The position numbers and the translations under genes are program-made. Shown piece after piece: positions 7,795 to 16,704 of a DNA stretch of 50,611 nt. The notes below the pieces were generated by a model. It was given only the letters and a program-made list of their open reading frames with translations, was not told the origin of the DNA and made no database searches. This DNA is from a virus. Its lineage: Duplodnaviria; Caudoviricetes. Location: the IMG/VR virus record IMGVR_UViG_3300036466_000252, positions 1 through 50,611 of that record; one strand, given 5' to 3'. How positions within the stretch are numbered: position 1 is the stretch's first letter; each line of letters begins with the position of its first letter.

Positions 7795-10224
7795 TTAGTT
7801 CAGTGTGATTTGGTCGCGGAAGGCTACTAGCCAATTGTATACCGGCTTCCCGTCATAGCGTGAAACGTCGCGGTAATCCTGATCTCTGATATTGCCCCGC
7901 GCTCCGTTGCTTGGCTGCGTGAACCCCGCAACCTGCATGGCGTAAGAAATGTAATCGCCTGCAGCGATGTTTTCGGCGGCAGTGATAATGATTTTCGTGC
8001 CGGTGTAGTCCACTTCAATTCCGGTAATTGTCCCACTTTCCAGTGTGAAACCATAGTCGCCCGGGTCGCTTATGGTGTCCGTGTCAATGACCAGCCTTCC
8101 GACCGGCCCCGGCGTGCGGTCATGCCCGCTCGGTGTGTTGTTCATTTGCAGGGTGATGGTGTTGCCGCTGGCGGTTATTGACAGCGGCATAAGAGGGTCC
8201 CAGCCGTACCCCATCAGCGCCAGACGCTCGACGCGACAATCAAGCTCGCCTGTCTTGACGTAGCCCTCTGCCAGCATGTGGTATCGGTCGAAATAGGGGT
8301 ACTGGTATTTTGGGCCGGTCAAGTAGAGGTCGCCATGTGCCTTATGGCAAATGAGCTGCCCCTGCGGGATAGCCGGAATGGTGCCGTCCTCACCAGTATT
8401 GGTCTGCGAGAAAAGCCCCACAGGGGGCACTGCCTGCCCGGTAACGGCCGGAATGTCCACCTGATAATCAGACACCCATTCACGCAGGATGGCCGCATAC
8501 TCCGCATCGGTTGTGGCCTTTTGGTTTTCCCCGTGAACGATCGACACCGACCCTACAAAATGCTGCCAGCCTTCTGCATCGCACAGTGTCTTCACGTTGG
8601 TGACGTTGCGCATGCCGTTGGTGTAGACCGTGCTTCCCTTTTTAAGAAGGGCGTAGGCTGCGCCACCAAAGCCTGATATTGACCCTAGCACCCTCGGATT
8701 GAAGCCTGTCTCCTGATCCGCCCAGCCGCGAAACTTAAAGCCCCAGCCTGAGACAATCGTTTCGCCCAATATTGAGGATGTCGGGTGTGGGCCTTCACGC
8801 ATGGGGATAAAGGTTGTGCTTCCTTCCGGGCTAGCAGGGCGCGGCCCGCCCTCGAGGGTAAGGCAGTATTCAGCGAGATCGCCGGTTTGGTCTTGGGTGA
8901 ACACGTAGCCGTGGCGGCCGTTCTCTATCTCATGATCTGCACTTTCGTCGAGCACAAACCCGCGCGAGCCGATGGATAGTGACTGGCCCGTAACATACTT
9001 GTGGTACAGGACTGCCGACTCGCGCAGCATCTGGCCGGCGGGGGTCAGGGAGACGGCCTCAACCGAAGTTCCATCATCACGCACGCAACGCAGTATCCCG
9101 GATGGCGTCTCGGCTGCTGCCGGCCAGCTGTAACCGTCCGGGGTAATCTGCACTTCAGTGCCAGCCTCCACGGCGAACACATGGTCTTCGGTCCCGGTGT
9201 TCATCACCTTCAGGATGCGCCGGCTGTTGGGGCGGTATTGCGGGTACGTGGCCCGCTCAGGCACAGACAGTTCCGGCTCCGGCTCTGGTGTGGGTACCGT
9301 GCCCCCGTCACGCGAGAAGTCTGTGATAACACTGTCGCCCATTATCATAAGAACGCCGCCAAACCCTTTCGGCCCGCGCGGCAGCACGGTGGAGGCGGTG
9401 ACGTCCTTTTCGCTGTCACGCGAGAAGTCCGTGATAACGCTGTCGCCCATGACAATAAGGACGCCATCGAACTTTCTGTATCCGCGCGGGATGTTGACTG
9501 GCGAATCGAAACCGTAAGGCTCTTTGGTGACCGGCTGCTCGATAACGCTGTCGCCAACAACCAGCACAGCGCCCGAATACCCGGCTGGACCCCGGGGCAA
9601 TGCGCGCACAGTCTCTTCCGTGCTTATATCGCGCGAAAGCCCATCAACGATGCTGTGCCCCGCCACCAACAGTAGGCCCGGGTTATAGAGGTTGCGGCCG
9701 CGCGGCAGTACGCGAAAGCTGGCGAGGTTGAAATTGCTTCCCGCCACCGACGTGAAGAAAGTCTGGTCGCCTGTCTTGCGGGTTCGCGGAAACTTTTTCA
9801 GCCCCGTTGACTTTGCAGCAGCGGCCACGCTGGCAGTGTATTCAGCTGACTCTATTGCGACTTGCGCACTGGCTTGGGCGGCATCGCTGCGCTCGAGCGC
9901 AATAACGGCAGACTCAGAAGCAGAGGCGCTACTTGCGCTAGCTTGCTGCGCCGCAGAAATAGCAGCGTCCAGATCAAGCACCTGAATGCGAGTCGTAAAC
10001 GACAGCGCGCCTTTTTCTGCGCGGAAGTCATAGTTACCGGTAGGGGCTACGAATTGCACCTGACCGTTTTCATCAGTGCTCATGGGGTTCGCCAGCGGGT
10101 TGCCGGCAATGTCCGTCAAGCCTCCGACTAAATCTGTCGTGCCCGCCGCATAAAGGAATACAGCGGCACTCGGAACGATGTTGCCATCGGCATCCTGAAT
10201 GAAACGCGAAATTACTTGCATCAA
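7795..10224 (-). CDS. Tailspike/virion protein with SGNH (SASA-like) esterase domain
   Basis: Virion-attachment-like N-terminus (NPMSTDENGQVQFVAPTGNY), Ala/Ser coiled linker, ~40-aa repeats, then SGNH blocks GQSLS, GFGGAAY, IVHGE and DRYH. Confidence 0.75.
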   Translation of the reverse strand: MMQVISRFIQDADGNIVPSAAVFLYAAGTTDLVGGLTDIAGNPLANPMSTDENGQVQFVAPTGNYDFRAEKGALSFTTRIQVLDLDAAISAAQQASASSASASESAVIALERSDAAQASAQVAIESAEYTASVAAAAKSTGLKKFPRTRKTGDQTFFTSVAGSNFNLASFRVLPRGRNLYNPGLLLVAGHSIVDGLSRDISTEETVRALPRGPAGYSGAVLVVGDSVIEQPVTKEPYGFDSPVNIPRGYRKFDGVLIVMGDSVITDFSRDSEKDVTASTVLPRGPKGFGGVLMIMGDSVITDFSRDGGTVPTPEPEPELSVPERATYPQYRPNSRRILKVMNTGTEDHVFAVEAGTEVQITPDGYSWPAAAETPSGILRCVRDDGTSVEAVSLTPAGQMLRESAVLYHKYVTGQSLSIGSRGFVLDESADHEIENGRHGYVFTQDQTGDLAEYCLTLEGGPRPASPEGSTTFIPMREGPHPTSSILGETIVSGWGFKFRGWADQETGFNPRVLGSISGFGGAAYALLKKGSTVYTNGMRNVTNVKTLCDAEGWQHFVGSVSIVHGENQKATTDAEYAAILREWVSDYQVDIPAVTGQAVPPVGLFSQTNTGEDGTIPAIPQGQLICHKAHGDLYLTGPKYQYPYFDRYHMLAEGYVKTGELDCRVERLALMGYGWDPLMPLSITASGNTITLQMNNTPSGHDRTPGPVGRLVIDTDTISDPGDYGFTLESGTITGIEVDYTGTKIIITAAENIAAGDYISYAMQVAGFTQPSNGARGNIRDQDYRDVSRYDGKPVYNWLVAFRDQITLN

Positions 10225-10349
10225 TCGGCCCTCGGGAGTGGCGGCCGGTTAGGCCGCTGGTCGTGTTGTACCGCGAAGATAATATCCGCGCGGGCACTTA
10301 TCATCACCAGTTTATCAGGGTGCAGGCGGGATGCCTTGACTACAGGGAC

Positions 10350-10375
10350 AAAAACCCCGGCGCGATGGCCGGGGT
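10350..10375 (-). terminator. Intrinsic terminator
   Basis: Minus strand ACCCCGGC...GCCGGGG followed by TTTTT. Confidence 0.75.
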
Positions 10376-10395
10376 CGGTGGCGGTTGTGCCGGCG

Positions 10396-10683
10396 CTATG
10401 GGCTTCCCAGCTGGAAGCGGCGGTTGGCTATCTGCAGGCACTGGTTTATGGCCATTTCGTCCGCGACCAGCCCTAGCTCGCCCCACGTCTTCGCCGCCTG
10501 TTCCTCATGCTCATCGACCGCTACGCGCCCGGGGTCAGTCATGCGGATCATCTGACGGCTGTGCTCGTAGTCGTGCAGGTGGCGGCGCAGCCGGGGCGCT
10601 ATCTGGTCGCGCATCACCTGCCGGGTGCCGGCGTCATTCGGATTGCCGTGGATGCAGGCGGCCATCATGTCATTCATTTCCAT
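10396..10683 (-). CDS. Hypothetical protein (start MEMNDM)
   Basis: AAGGAG RBS; followed by a terminator. Confidence 0.65.
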   Translation of the reverse strand: MEMNDMMAACIHGNPNDAGTRQVMRDQIAPRLRRHLHDYEHSRQMIRMTDPGRVAVDEHEEQAAKTWGELGLVADEMAINQCLQIANRRFQLGSP

Positions 10684-10846
10684 GGTGTTGCTCCTTCTCA
10701 TCATTGGCGGGTGCCACGCTGGCCACCCTGTCAGCGCCGAACTTGCTGTCGGCAATGGCTTGGGCTTCGTCCCGGGTGGCACCGCCCGTGCTCAGCATGG
10801 TCAGGGCGGTGCCGTCGCGCATGGTCACGCGGTAAACCTGCATCAT
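10670..10846 (-). CDS. 58-aa hypothetical protein (not in the ORF track)
   Basis: MMQVYRVTMRDGTALTMLSTGGATRDEAQAIADSKFGADRVASVAPANDEKEQHHGNE; ATGA overlap with the upstream stop fills the gap exactly. Confidence 0.65.
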   Translation of the reverse strand: MMQVYRVTMRDGTALTMLSTGGATRDEAQAIADSKFGADRVASVAPANDEKEQHHGNE

Positions 10847-12165
10847 GGGGCGCAGGCCATCAGGGCTTTGCGCAGGGCAATGGCTTCAGCGAAGCACTCC
10901 TTGCTGCGCAGCGCCTTGATTGCGTCCTCGGCCGCCGCATACAGGTCGGGCAGGCCGCTGGGGGCGTCTTCCTGCTCGTCCTCGGGTGCTTGCACGAGTT
11001 CGCTGCTGTGCCACCAGCGCAGCCCCTGCAGGGGCGACATAAGCAGGCAGCCGCCGTTGTGCATCACCTCCGCCACCATGGCGCGCTCTGACTGGTCATT
11101 GTGCAGGGTGACCATCTGGCCCGGTTCGATGGGGTCAGGCTGGTGCTGTTCGGCGGCCGTAAACTTCAGCTCGACGGCTTCGATAGAGGTCTTGCCTTCA
11201 CCTGTGGGCAGCACCAGCGGGGCGACTTTCATCTCGCCTTCGCCCTGCACCAGCGCGGCCTCGTCGTAATGCTGGCCGTCATTGCCGTTCTGGCCGATGG
11301 CCTCGATGCGTGCGTCGGTGGCGTCCACCCACTGCTCGAGTTCAATGGTGCGCCCGCTCATGCTGACCAGATACCACTCTGCATCTGACCCGATAGCCCA
11401 CATCCAGCCGGTCAGGGCTTCCGGGACTTTCGCCACGCTGCCCGCACCGCCGTTTTCAGGCCAGATTTCAACCGCGTCGGCAACAATGGCCAGCGCTTCT
11501 TCGCGCGGCGTGGCGTCGGCCATGGCGGCCCGGTCCGGCAGGTCATCGTAATCAGCGGCGGTGACGACTTCGGCCGGGTTGTTGATGCGCTGCAGGGTCC
11601 AAACGCCTTCCGTGCAGCCCCACATCCAGCCATTGATGCTGACCGGCTCGGCAGCCATGCGCTTGCCGGCGCGGCCCTCGGTCGGCCACTTGGGCATGGC
11701 GTTGCGCAGCACTTCTATGACCTCTTCGCGCGGCGTAGTGGTGTCGACTTCTGACCGCTCGAAGATGGCCTGACGCATGCTCAACGCGCCCAGCTCCTGC
11801 ACGATTTCATCGTCGGTTGCGTCTTCGCTAAGGCCGGCATCATCCGCCAGCTCGGTGCGCAGCTTCGCCTTCATGCCGGGCGACAGGGTGCGCTCGACGT
11901 CAATGAACTTGACCGTATGATGCAGCGGGTTGTTCTCGGTGGTTTCGTAGCTGTCGGTCATGCCGTTGAAGGTGCCGGCTTTGAACTTGCTGACCACCGC
12001 CGCCACGTCTGCTTCACGCGGGCCGTCTGTCCAGCGGATATTCACGCTGTCGCCGCCTGCATAGGTTTCGCTGGTCACGCTGAATTTCACGTCGCTGAAG
12101 CGGTCCTTGAGTTCTGCGCGTACTGCCTTGGCGGTCATTGCTGCGTTGCTCGGGGTGCGGGCCAT
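10843..12165 (-). CDS. LPD29-like (large polyvalent protein domain) multidomain protein
   Basis: N-terminus 'AKAVRAELKDRFSDVKFSVTSETYAGGDSVNIRWTDGP...FNGMTDSYE'; internal duplicated TPREE...WP...GWMW unit; GAGGA RBS. Confidence 0.7.
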   Translation of the reverse strand: MARTPSNAAMTAKAVRAELKDRFSDVKFSVTSETYAGGDSVNIRWTDGPREADVAAVVSKFKAGTFNGMTDSYETTENNPLHHTVKFIDVERTLSPGMKAKLRTELADDAGLSEDATDDEIVQELGALSMRQAIFERSEVDTTTPREEVIEVLRNAMPKWPTEGRAGKRMAAEPVSINGWMWGCTEGVWTLQRINNPAEVVTAADYDDLPDRAAMADATPREEALAIVADAVEIWPENGGAGSVAKVPEALTGWMWAIGSDAEWYLVSMSGRTIELEQWVDATDARIEAIGQNGNDGQHYDEAALVQGEGEMKVAPLVLPTGEGKTSIEAVELKFTAAEQHQPDPIEPGQMVTLHNDQSERAMVAEVMHNGGCLLMSPLQGLRWWHSSELVQAPEDEQEDAPSGLPDLYAAAEDAIKALRSKECFAEAIALRKALMACAP

Positions 12166-12194
12166 GTCGTCAATCCTCATTGCGTTGGTGTGGG

Positions 12195-12277
12195 GTAACT
12201 ATACCGCGCATCATTACCAGTTGTGTAATACCGTTTGGCAATAAAAACCCGGCTTTTTAGGGCCGGGTCGTTATAAG
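12195..12277 (-). repeat. Terminator-operator-promoter cassette, copy C
   Basis: Shares CGCATCATTACCAGTTGTGTAATACC with copy A; hairpin plus T-tract at 12243-12267; -10 at 12198-12203. Confidence 0.85.
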
Positions 12278-12290
12278 GCGGGCAGGGTGG

Positions 12291-13079
12291 TTACAGGCGG
12301 CCATCCAGCAGCAGGACTTCAGGCAGCTGCTCGGCAAACGCCTTGCGCATGTGGTTGAAAGCGTCCTCGGCAATCACTTCCGGGTTGACCAGATCGACGC
12401 GCATTTTCAGTTGACCATCAGCGACGCGGTGACGAAGACGGGCCTGCATGGCGTAAGCCGCATCGCCACGGTAGACCGGGATCGTGACGGTCAGTTCGCT
12501 GGGCAGCTCGACGGTGCCCTTCTGGTTCTCTTCGCTGTACTGCAGGGAGAATTCGCCGTTGGCAAGGTTCTTGGCAGCGCCAAAGGTGGCCTTCTTGATC
12601 GACTTGAAGTTCAGCGCCATTTGCAGCAGCTCGCCGCCTGTCGGCTTGGTCACGTCGCCGCAGCGATCCTCAAGGAAGAGCGCGAATTGCTCCTGCCCCA
12701 TCCAGCTGCCATCGGCCTCCTTCCACGCCTGCCATTCGCGGGACAACGGGCACGCGTAGCTGGCGGCGTGGGTGCTGCGTGTCGGCAGGCCCGGGGCTTC
12801 GTGGTAGTCGAGGTGCGCGATAAAGGTGCTGCGGTCAGCGTCAGCCGCCACGATAGCGGCGTCAGTGGCAAAGCGCTTGACGTAGGCCACGAAGCTTTCG
12901 GCGGTCAGCATCTTGACGCTGGCCTCGATGCGGTACGGACGCTCCTGCAGGTGCTCAAGGTCGTGCAGGGTGTAGCGGTCAGACAGGGCCATGGCCGGGC
13001 GATCAACTGCGTCTTTGTCCTTGATGACAATGCCCGGCGTTTGCACGTCTGCTGCGGTGATGCTGGTCTGGTTGCTCAT
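12291..13079 (-). CDS. DUF2303 (YfdQ-like) family protein
   Basis: 'ESFVAYVKR...AHLDYH...SREWQAW...QEQFALFLED' pattern. Confidence 0.8.
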   Translation of the reverse strand: MSNQTSITAADVQTPGIVIKDKDAVDRPAMALSDRYTLHDLEHLQERPYRIEASVKMLTAESFVAYVKRFATDAAIVAADADRSTFIAHLDYHEAPGLPTRSTHAASYACPLSREWQAWKEADGSWMGQEQFALFLEDRCGDVTKPTGGELLQMALNFKSIKKATFGAAKNLANGEFSLQYSEENQKGTVELPSELTVTIPVYRGDAAYAMQARLRHRVADGQLKMRVDLVNPEVIAEDAFNHMRKAFAEQLPEVLLLDGRL

Positions 13080-13109
13080 AGTCTGGTCGTCTCGTCGGTG
13101 GGCGGGTGG

Positions 13110-13487
13110 TTATGCGTTGCGCACGATGCGCGGGGTGTCAGTCACGGCGCGGGCGTCCTGCTCGTTGCGCGTCTCCACTTCGCGCAGATCGAGGGCGCGC
13201 TGGTCCGGGTCGTTGCGCAGCAGGTCGCCATCGGCAGTAGACCACATGATCGCCTCGGCACGGTCGGCCTCCGGGGCTTTGTGCGTGATGGTCGGGGTGA
13301 TCTTCATGGTGTTCTCATCAGCGCGGTTCAGCATGCCGATCTTCAGGTTGAGGCTTACGGTACCCTGCTTGCCGGTTTCGCGGACGGCGCGCACAACTTC
13401 CGCCAGCACTTCGGTCAATTCGTCGTCAAGCATGCCCTTGGACATGAAGGCAATCTGCTGGCTGAATGGGGTCTTTTCTGCGGACAT
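13110..13487 (-). CDS. DUF2303-associated small protein
   Basis: 'LAEVVRAVRETGKQGTVSLNLKI...GDLLRNDPDQ' pattern typical of the partner gene upstream of DUF2303. Confidence 0.75.
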   Translation of the reverse strand: MSAEKTPFSQQIAFMSKGMLDDELTEVLAEVVRAVRETGKQGTVSLNLKIGMLNRADENTMKITPTITHKAPEADRAEAIMWSTADGDLLRNDPDQRALDLREVETRNEQDARAVTDTPRIVRNA

Positions 13488-13568
13488 GTCGTTACACCTT
13501 ATGTAAACGGATGGCCTGCATTTCTGGGCGGCAGGCCGTGCGCCCTAGGGGTTCAATATTACCGTAGG

Positions 13569-13587
13569 CATTACGCGCAGCGCAATG
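13569..13587. promoter_or_regulatory. Palindromic operator CATTAC-N7-GCAATG overlapping a leftward promoter
   Basis: Extended palindrome AGGCATT...AATGCCT; minus strand TTGCGC-18-TAATAT. Confidence 0.65.
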
Positions 13588-13595
13588 CCTTGCCG

Positions 13596-16409
13596 TTAAA
13601 AAGGCGGCTCATCTCCGACGGCGGCATCAGGCGCGCATATCTGTGCGGCCGGGATGACCACTGCCCGTGACTTGGTGCCAGCAAAGCGCGCGGAGGTGCG
13701 ACGGTCAGCCCCCGGCAGGCGTGCCAGCATGACCGCCCAGCCCGCCGCCCATGGCGAGTTCTCGAGCGTCTTGGCCAGCCACGTGTGATTGTCCGACACG
13801 ACAAGCAGCCCGCCCGTGACGCCCAGACCATGACGGCGCAAGCTCTGGTCAGCAACGGCCGCCGTCAGGTTGCTATCGTCCGGGTCTTTCTCGTAGTTCG
13901 CCGCCACCTGTACCAGCTCGCCCACGGTCCTGCTGTGCGTGGTGGCACGCCCGGTGCCCGGCTCCGGCACGTCAACACGGATAGACGCCTGCATGATGCG
14001 GTTGAGGCAGCGCCATTCGTCCTCGTCTTCCTGCTGCAGACCTGACCCCTCGTCCCACTGGTAGCCGTTGACGATGGCCCGTGCGCCGTCAAGGTCGATG
14101 GTGTCGTCGTCGTCTGCCTGCATGGCCCACACGCAGGCCAGCAGCGTGCCGTACTGGTCACCGTCGCGGCGCTTGCCAAACTTCTCGGCGCAAGCCCGGG
14201 CGAAGGTGTCCTGCACGTCGCGGATCATGGCCACCCGGCTGGCGGCCCGCGCACGGAAAGCACCGCAAAATTCTGGCGTGAACATCTCGGCCCATTCGCG
14301 TTTTATCTGGTCGAACTGTTCGCCCGCATCCGGGTCGTTGTTGCGGCGCAGGTGCAGGATTGACAGGCGCGACACGTCAGCGGCTTGGCTGGCGGTGGCG
14401 TTGATGCTGCTGAAAGCGAAGCAGGACCGGATATGGAAGGACTGGGCTTTGCCGTTGGCGCTGCCCTTCAGGATCGGCGCGCCGCCTTCGCTGGACGCCT
14501 GACGCATCAGCTCAAGCACCTTTTGCATCCGGCTTTGGTCTTCCTTCTTTTCCGCTTCCGCCTCGTCAAAGATCACCGGGCGGCTGTCGCGCCCCAGTGT
14601 CTGGCGCAGGCCGGCTTCCGTGGTGCTGCTTTGCGCAGACAATGCCCAATGCCCCAGCAGCGTGCGCAGGACGTTATCGTATACCCACGATTTGCCCGAG
14701 CCGGACGGGCCGACGATCCAGATATGTGGCCGCCATGGCAGCGCGCCGCAAATGACTGCCCCGGCGATGAAGCCGGTCAGCAGGTCGGCATACACCGGGC
14801 GGACCCATGACAGGCGGCGCACGAAACTTATGAGCTTGTGCATGCCGTCCCGGCCCATGGGTGCCTGTCCGCCAGTCATATCCTCGCGCACGCCGGCTTC
14901 GTAGATGTTTCGGGTGCGGTGGTCTTGCACCTTGGTCGGCACGCCATCAACGAGCAGTTGATCGCCAAGGTGGATGACCGTCTGGCCGTTGTCGTACCAC
15001 GCGCCACGGCCGCGAATGTTGTCCGGGTTGTAGATGCCTGCACGGTGCTGGCGGCGCAGCAGGGCATTGAGCGCCATATCCCAATCGGCCCCACCCTTGG
15101 CCGGCCACATCGCTTCCCACCAGCCAAGGTCGGCAAGCATCATCAGATTGGCCTTGCTGTGCTGGCTGGGCGACAGGCGGCGGACCTTGCCGCCCTCGTT
15201 GTCGAGGTAGCAATAATATTCGCCATCATGCCCCAGCAGGCGGAAAGGCCAGTTGTCGGGGTTGTTCTGGTCGCCCAGCGCGGGCACCTCGTCTTCCGGT
15301 GCCGCCGCAGGCGGCAGCGGTGCCTCCATGGACGGCGGCGGCATGTCGTCTGCTTCCGGCGCGTTGGGCTGCATTGGCTGGCGCAGATTGGTGGTCATGT
15401 ACTGCCACGCCTGCTCCTGCGTCCAGTCCACATCCGCCAAGTCCCACCCCTCGGGCGCATCGCTCGGGGCAGTCATCACGCGCACGTCAGCCGCGCCCGC
15501 CAGCTGGGCGACGCCCGGATGCCAGACGTTGCCCCGGCCGTAGTAGCCTTCCATCGCGCCGATGCCGGTGGCGTCATTGTCCGGCGACAGCACCAGACGG
15601 CGACCCGCCAGCGGTGACCAGTCCACCCGGCTGATGGCCTTGGTGCCGCCCGGCCATGTCACGACGACCAGCGACGGGAACAGCTTGGCAGCTGCTTCGG
15701 CGGTCTTCTCGCCCTCCACCACCATCACATCGGCTTCCGGGTTGTTGGCCAGCGCGTGCAGGTTGAACAGTGGGCGCTTGTCCGCGAAGTTCTTCCAGCC
15801 CCAGCCCCAGCCCTTGCGGTCGTGCTCAATCCAGCGACATACGATGACGTCCTTGCTGTCAGGCTGACCGGGCCGGCTCGGCTGTATGCGGCTGGCGTAG
15901 CCAATCAGGTTGCCGCCCTCGTCGCGGTACGCCCAGCGGGCCACCACGGGCATTTGGTGCCATTGGTCTTCGTGCTTGCGCGGGAAGCTGTCGGGCGGCT
16001 CCGGCGCATCGACCGGCACGGCCACGGTTTCCGGCACGTCCTTGGTCTTGCGCGGCAGGTCATGCGGGCTGACGGGGCGCAGTGGCGGCCGGTCGTCATT
16101 GGCATGCGCGCCCAGCTGCTTGCCCAGCTCGCGTGCTGCGGCGGCTTGGTTGTCGCCGGTAAACAGGTATGCGTAAAGACTGATCGGGTCACTGCCGCTG
16201 GCGTCGTCGGCAAAGTCCATCCAGATGCCAGTGGCGGTGTTGATCTTGAAGCTGCCGAGCGTTTTGTCGCCGCGCACCGGGTTAAGGGCGACCCACTCAT
16301 TCCCCGATTGCTCGCCCTGCGGACACCACTCGCGGACCAACGAGCGAAACTGCGCCAAGGCAATGGCGTTGATGCCTGCAAAGTCTATGCGGTTCTGTGG
16401 CTGGCTCAT
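13596..16409 (-). CDS. DNA primase-helicase (N-terminal domain, TOPRIM, P-loop helicase)
   Basis: TOPRIM motifs VVEGEKTA, PDNDATG and GWDLAD; Walker A GPSGSGKS; Walker B VIFDEAE. Start MSQPQ overlaps the upstream stop. Confidence 0.9.
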   Translation of the reverse strand: MSQPQNRIDFAGINAIALAQFRSLVREWCPQGEQSGNEWVALNPVRGDKTLGSFKINTATGIWMDFADDASGSDPISLYAYLFTGDNQAAAARELGKQLGAHANDDRPPLRPVSPHDLPRKTKDVPETVAVPVDAPEPPDSFPRKHEDQWHQMPVVARWAYRDEGGNLIGYASRIQPSRPGQPDSKDVIVCRWIEHDRKGWGWGWKNFADKRPLFNLHALANNPEADVMVVEGEKTAEAAAKLFPSLVVVTWPGGTKAISRVDWSPLAGRRLVLSPDNDATGIGAMEGYYGRGNVWHPGVAQLAGAADVRVMTAPSDAPEGWDLADVDWTQEQAWQYMTTNLRQPMQPNAPEADDMPPPSMEAPLPPAAAPEDEVPALGDQNNPDNWPFRLLGHDGEYYCYLDNEGGKVRRLSPSQHSKANLMMLADLGWWEAMWPAKGGADWDMALNALLRRQHRAGIYNPDNIRGRGAWYDNGQTVIHLGDQLLVDGVPTKVQDHRTRNIYEAGVREDMTGGQAPMGRDGMHKLISFVRRLSWVRPVYADLLTGFIAGAVICGALPWRPHIWIVGPSGSGKSWVYDNVLRTLLGHWALSAQSSTTEAGLRQTLGRDSRPVIFDEAEAEKKEDQSRMQKVLELMRQASSEGGAPILKGSANGKAQSFHIRSCFAFSSINATASQAADVSRLSILHLRRNNDPDAGEQFDQIKREWAEMFTPEFCGAFRARAASRVAMIRDVQDTFARACAEKFGKRRDGDQYGTLLACVWAMQADDDDTIDLDGARAIVNGYQWDEGSGLQQEDEDEWRCLNRIMQASIRVDVPEPGTGRATTHSRTVGELVQVAANYEKDPDDSNLTAAVADQSLRRHGLGVTGGLLVVSDNHTWLAKTLENSPWAAGWAVMLARLPGADRRTSARFAGTKSRAVVIPAAQICAPDAAVGDEPPF

Positions 16410-16600
16410 GCGGTCACCTTGCGGCTGCATTCCAGTTCCATCAGACGCACAGCGCTGGCCGGCACATTGCGTAGCCCGGCGAGCCAGCAGCGTACCGTTG
16501 ACGGCTTGCGCAGGGTGATGCGCGCCACGTCCGTGGCGGTCAGTTCGTGCTCAGTCATGAGCGACTGTAGTTTCATCAGCTGTTCAGCCTGCGTGGGCAT
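16406..16600 (-). CDS. Small HTH protein (start MPTQAE)
   Basis: 'LTATDVARITLRKPSTVRCWL' HTH; AGGA RBS. Confidence 0.75.
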   Translation of the reverse strand: MPTQAEQLMKLQSLMTEHELTATDVARITLRKPSTVRCWLAGLRNVPASAVRLMELECSRKVTA

Positions 16601-16704
16601 GAGTCCTTTCCTTATGGTGTTGCATTGCAACGGCAATACTACCCGCTGTACCCGGGCGCGCGCAACGCCCGGCAATGCCCGAAAAGTCATTTCTTTTCCG
16701 TTGG

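Noticed and set aside
5251-12277. The repeated cassettes as a CRISPR array or integron attC sites
   Set aside because: Copies are kilobases apart and contain terminator and promoter elements; I see no cas gene or integron integrase.
12351-13670. Long opposite-strand ORFs (e.g. 12351..13670, 5126..6094, 15756..16715, 32705..33640, 45357..46448, 48567..49790)
   Set aside because: They are shadow ORFs antisense to well-supported genes in high-GC DNA, with no recognisable motifs.
16610-16680. Possible additional operator copies (CATTGC...GCAATA, GCAATG) upstream of the 16600 HTH gene
   Set aside because: Half-sites are present but the spacing is 4 nt or unpaired, not the conserved 7 nt.
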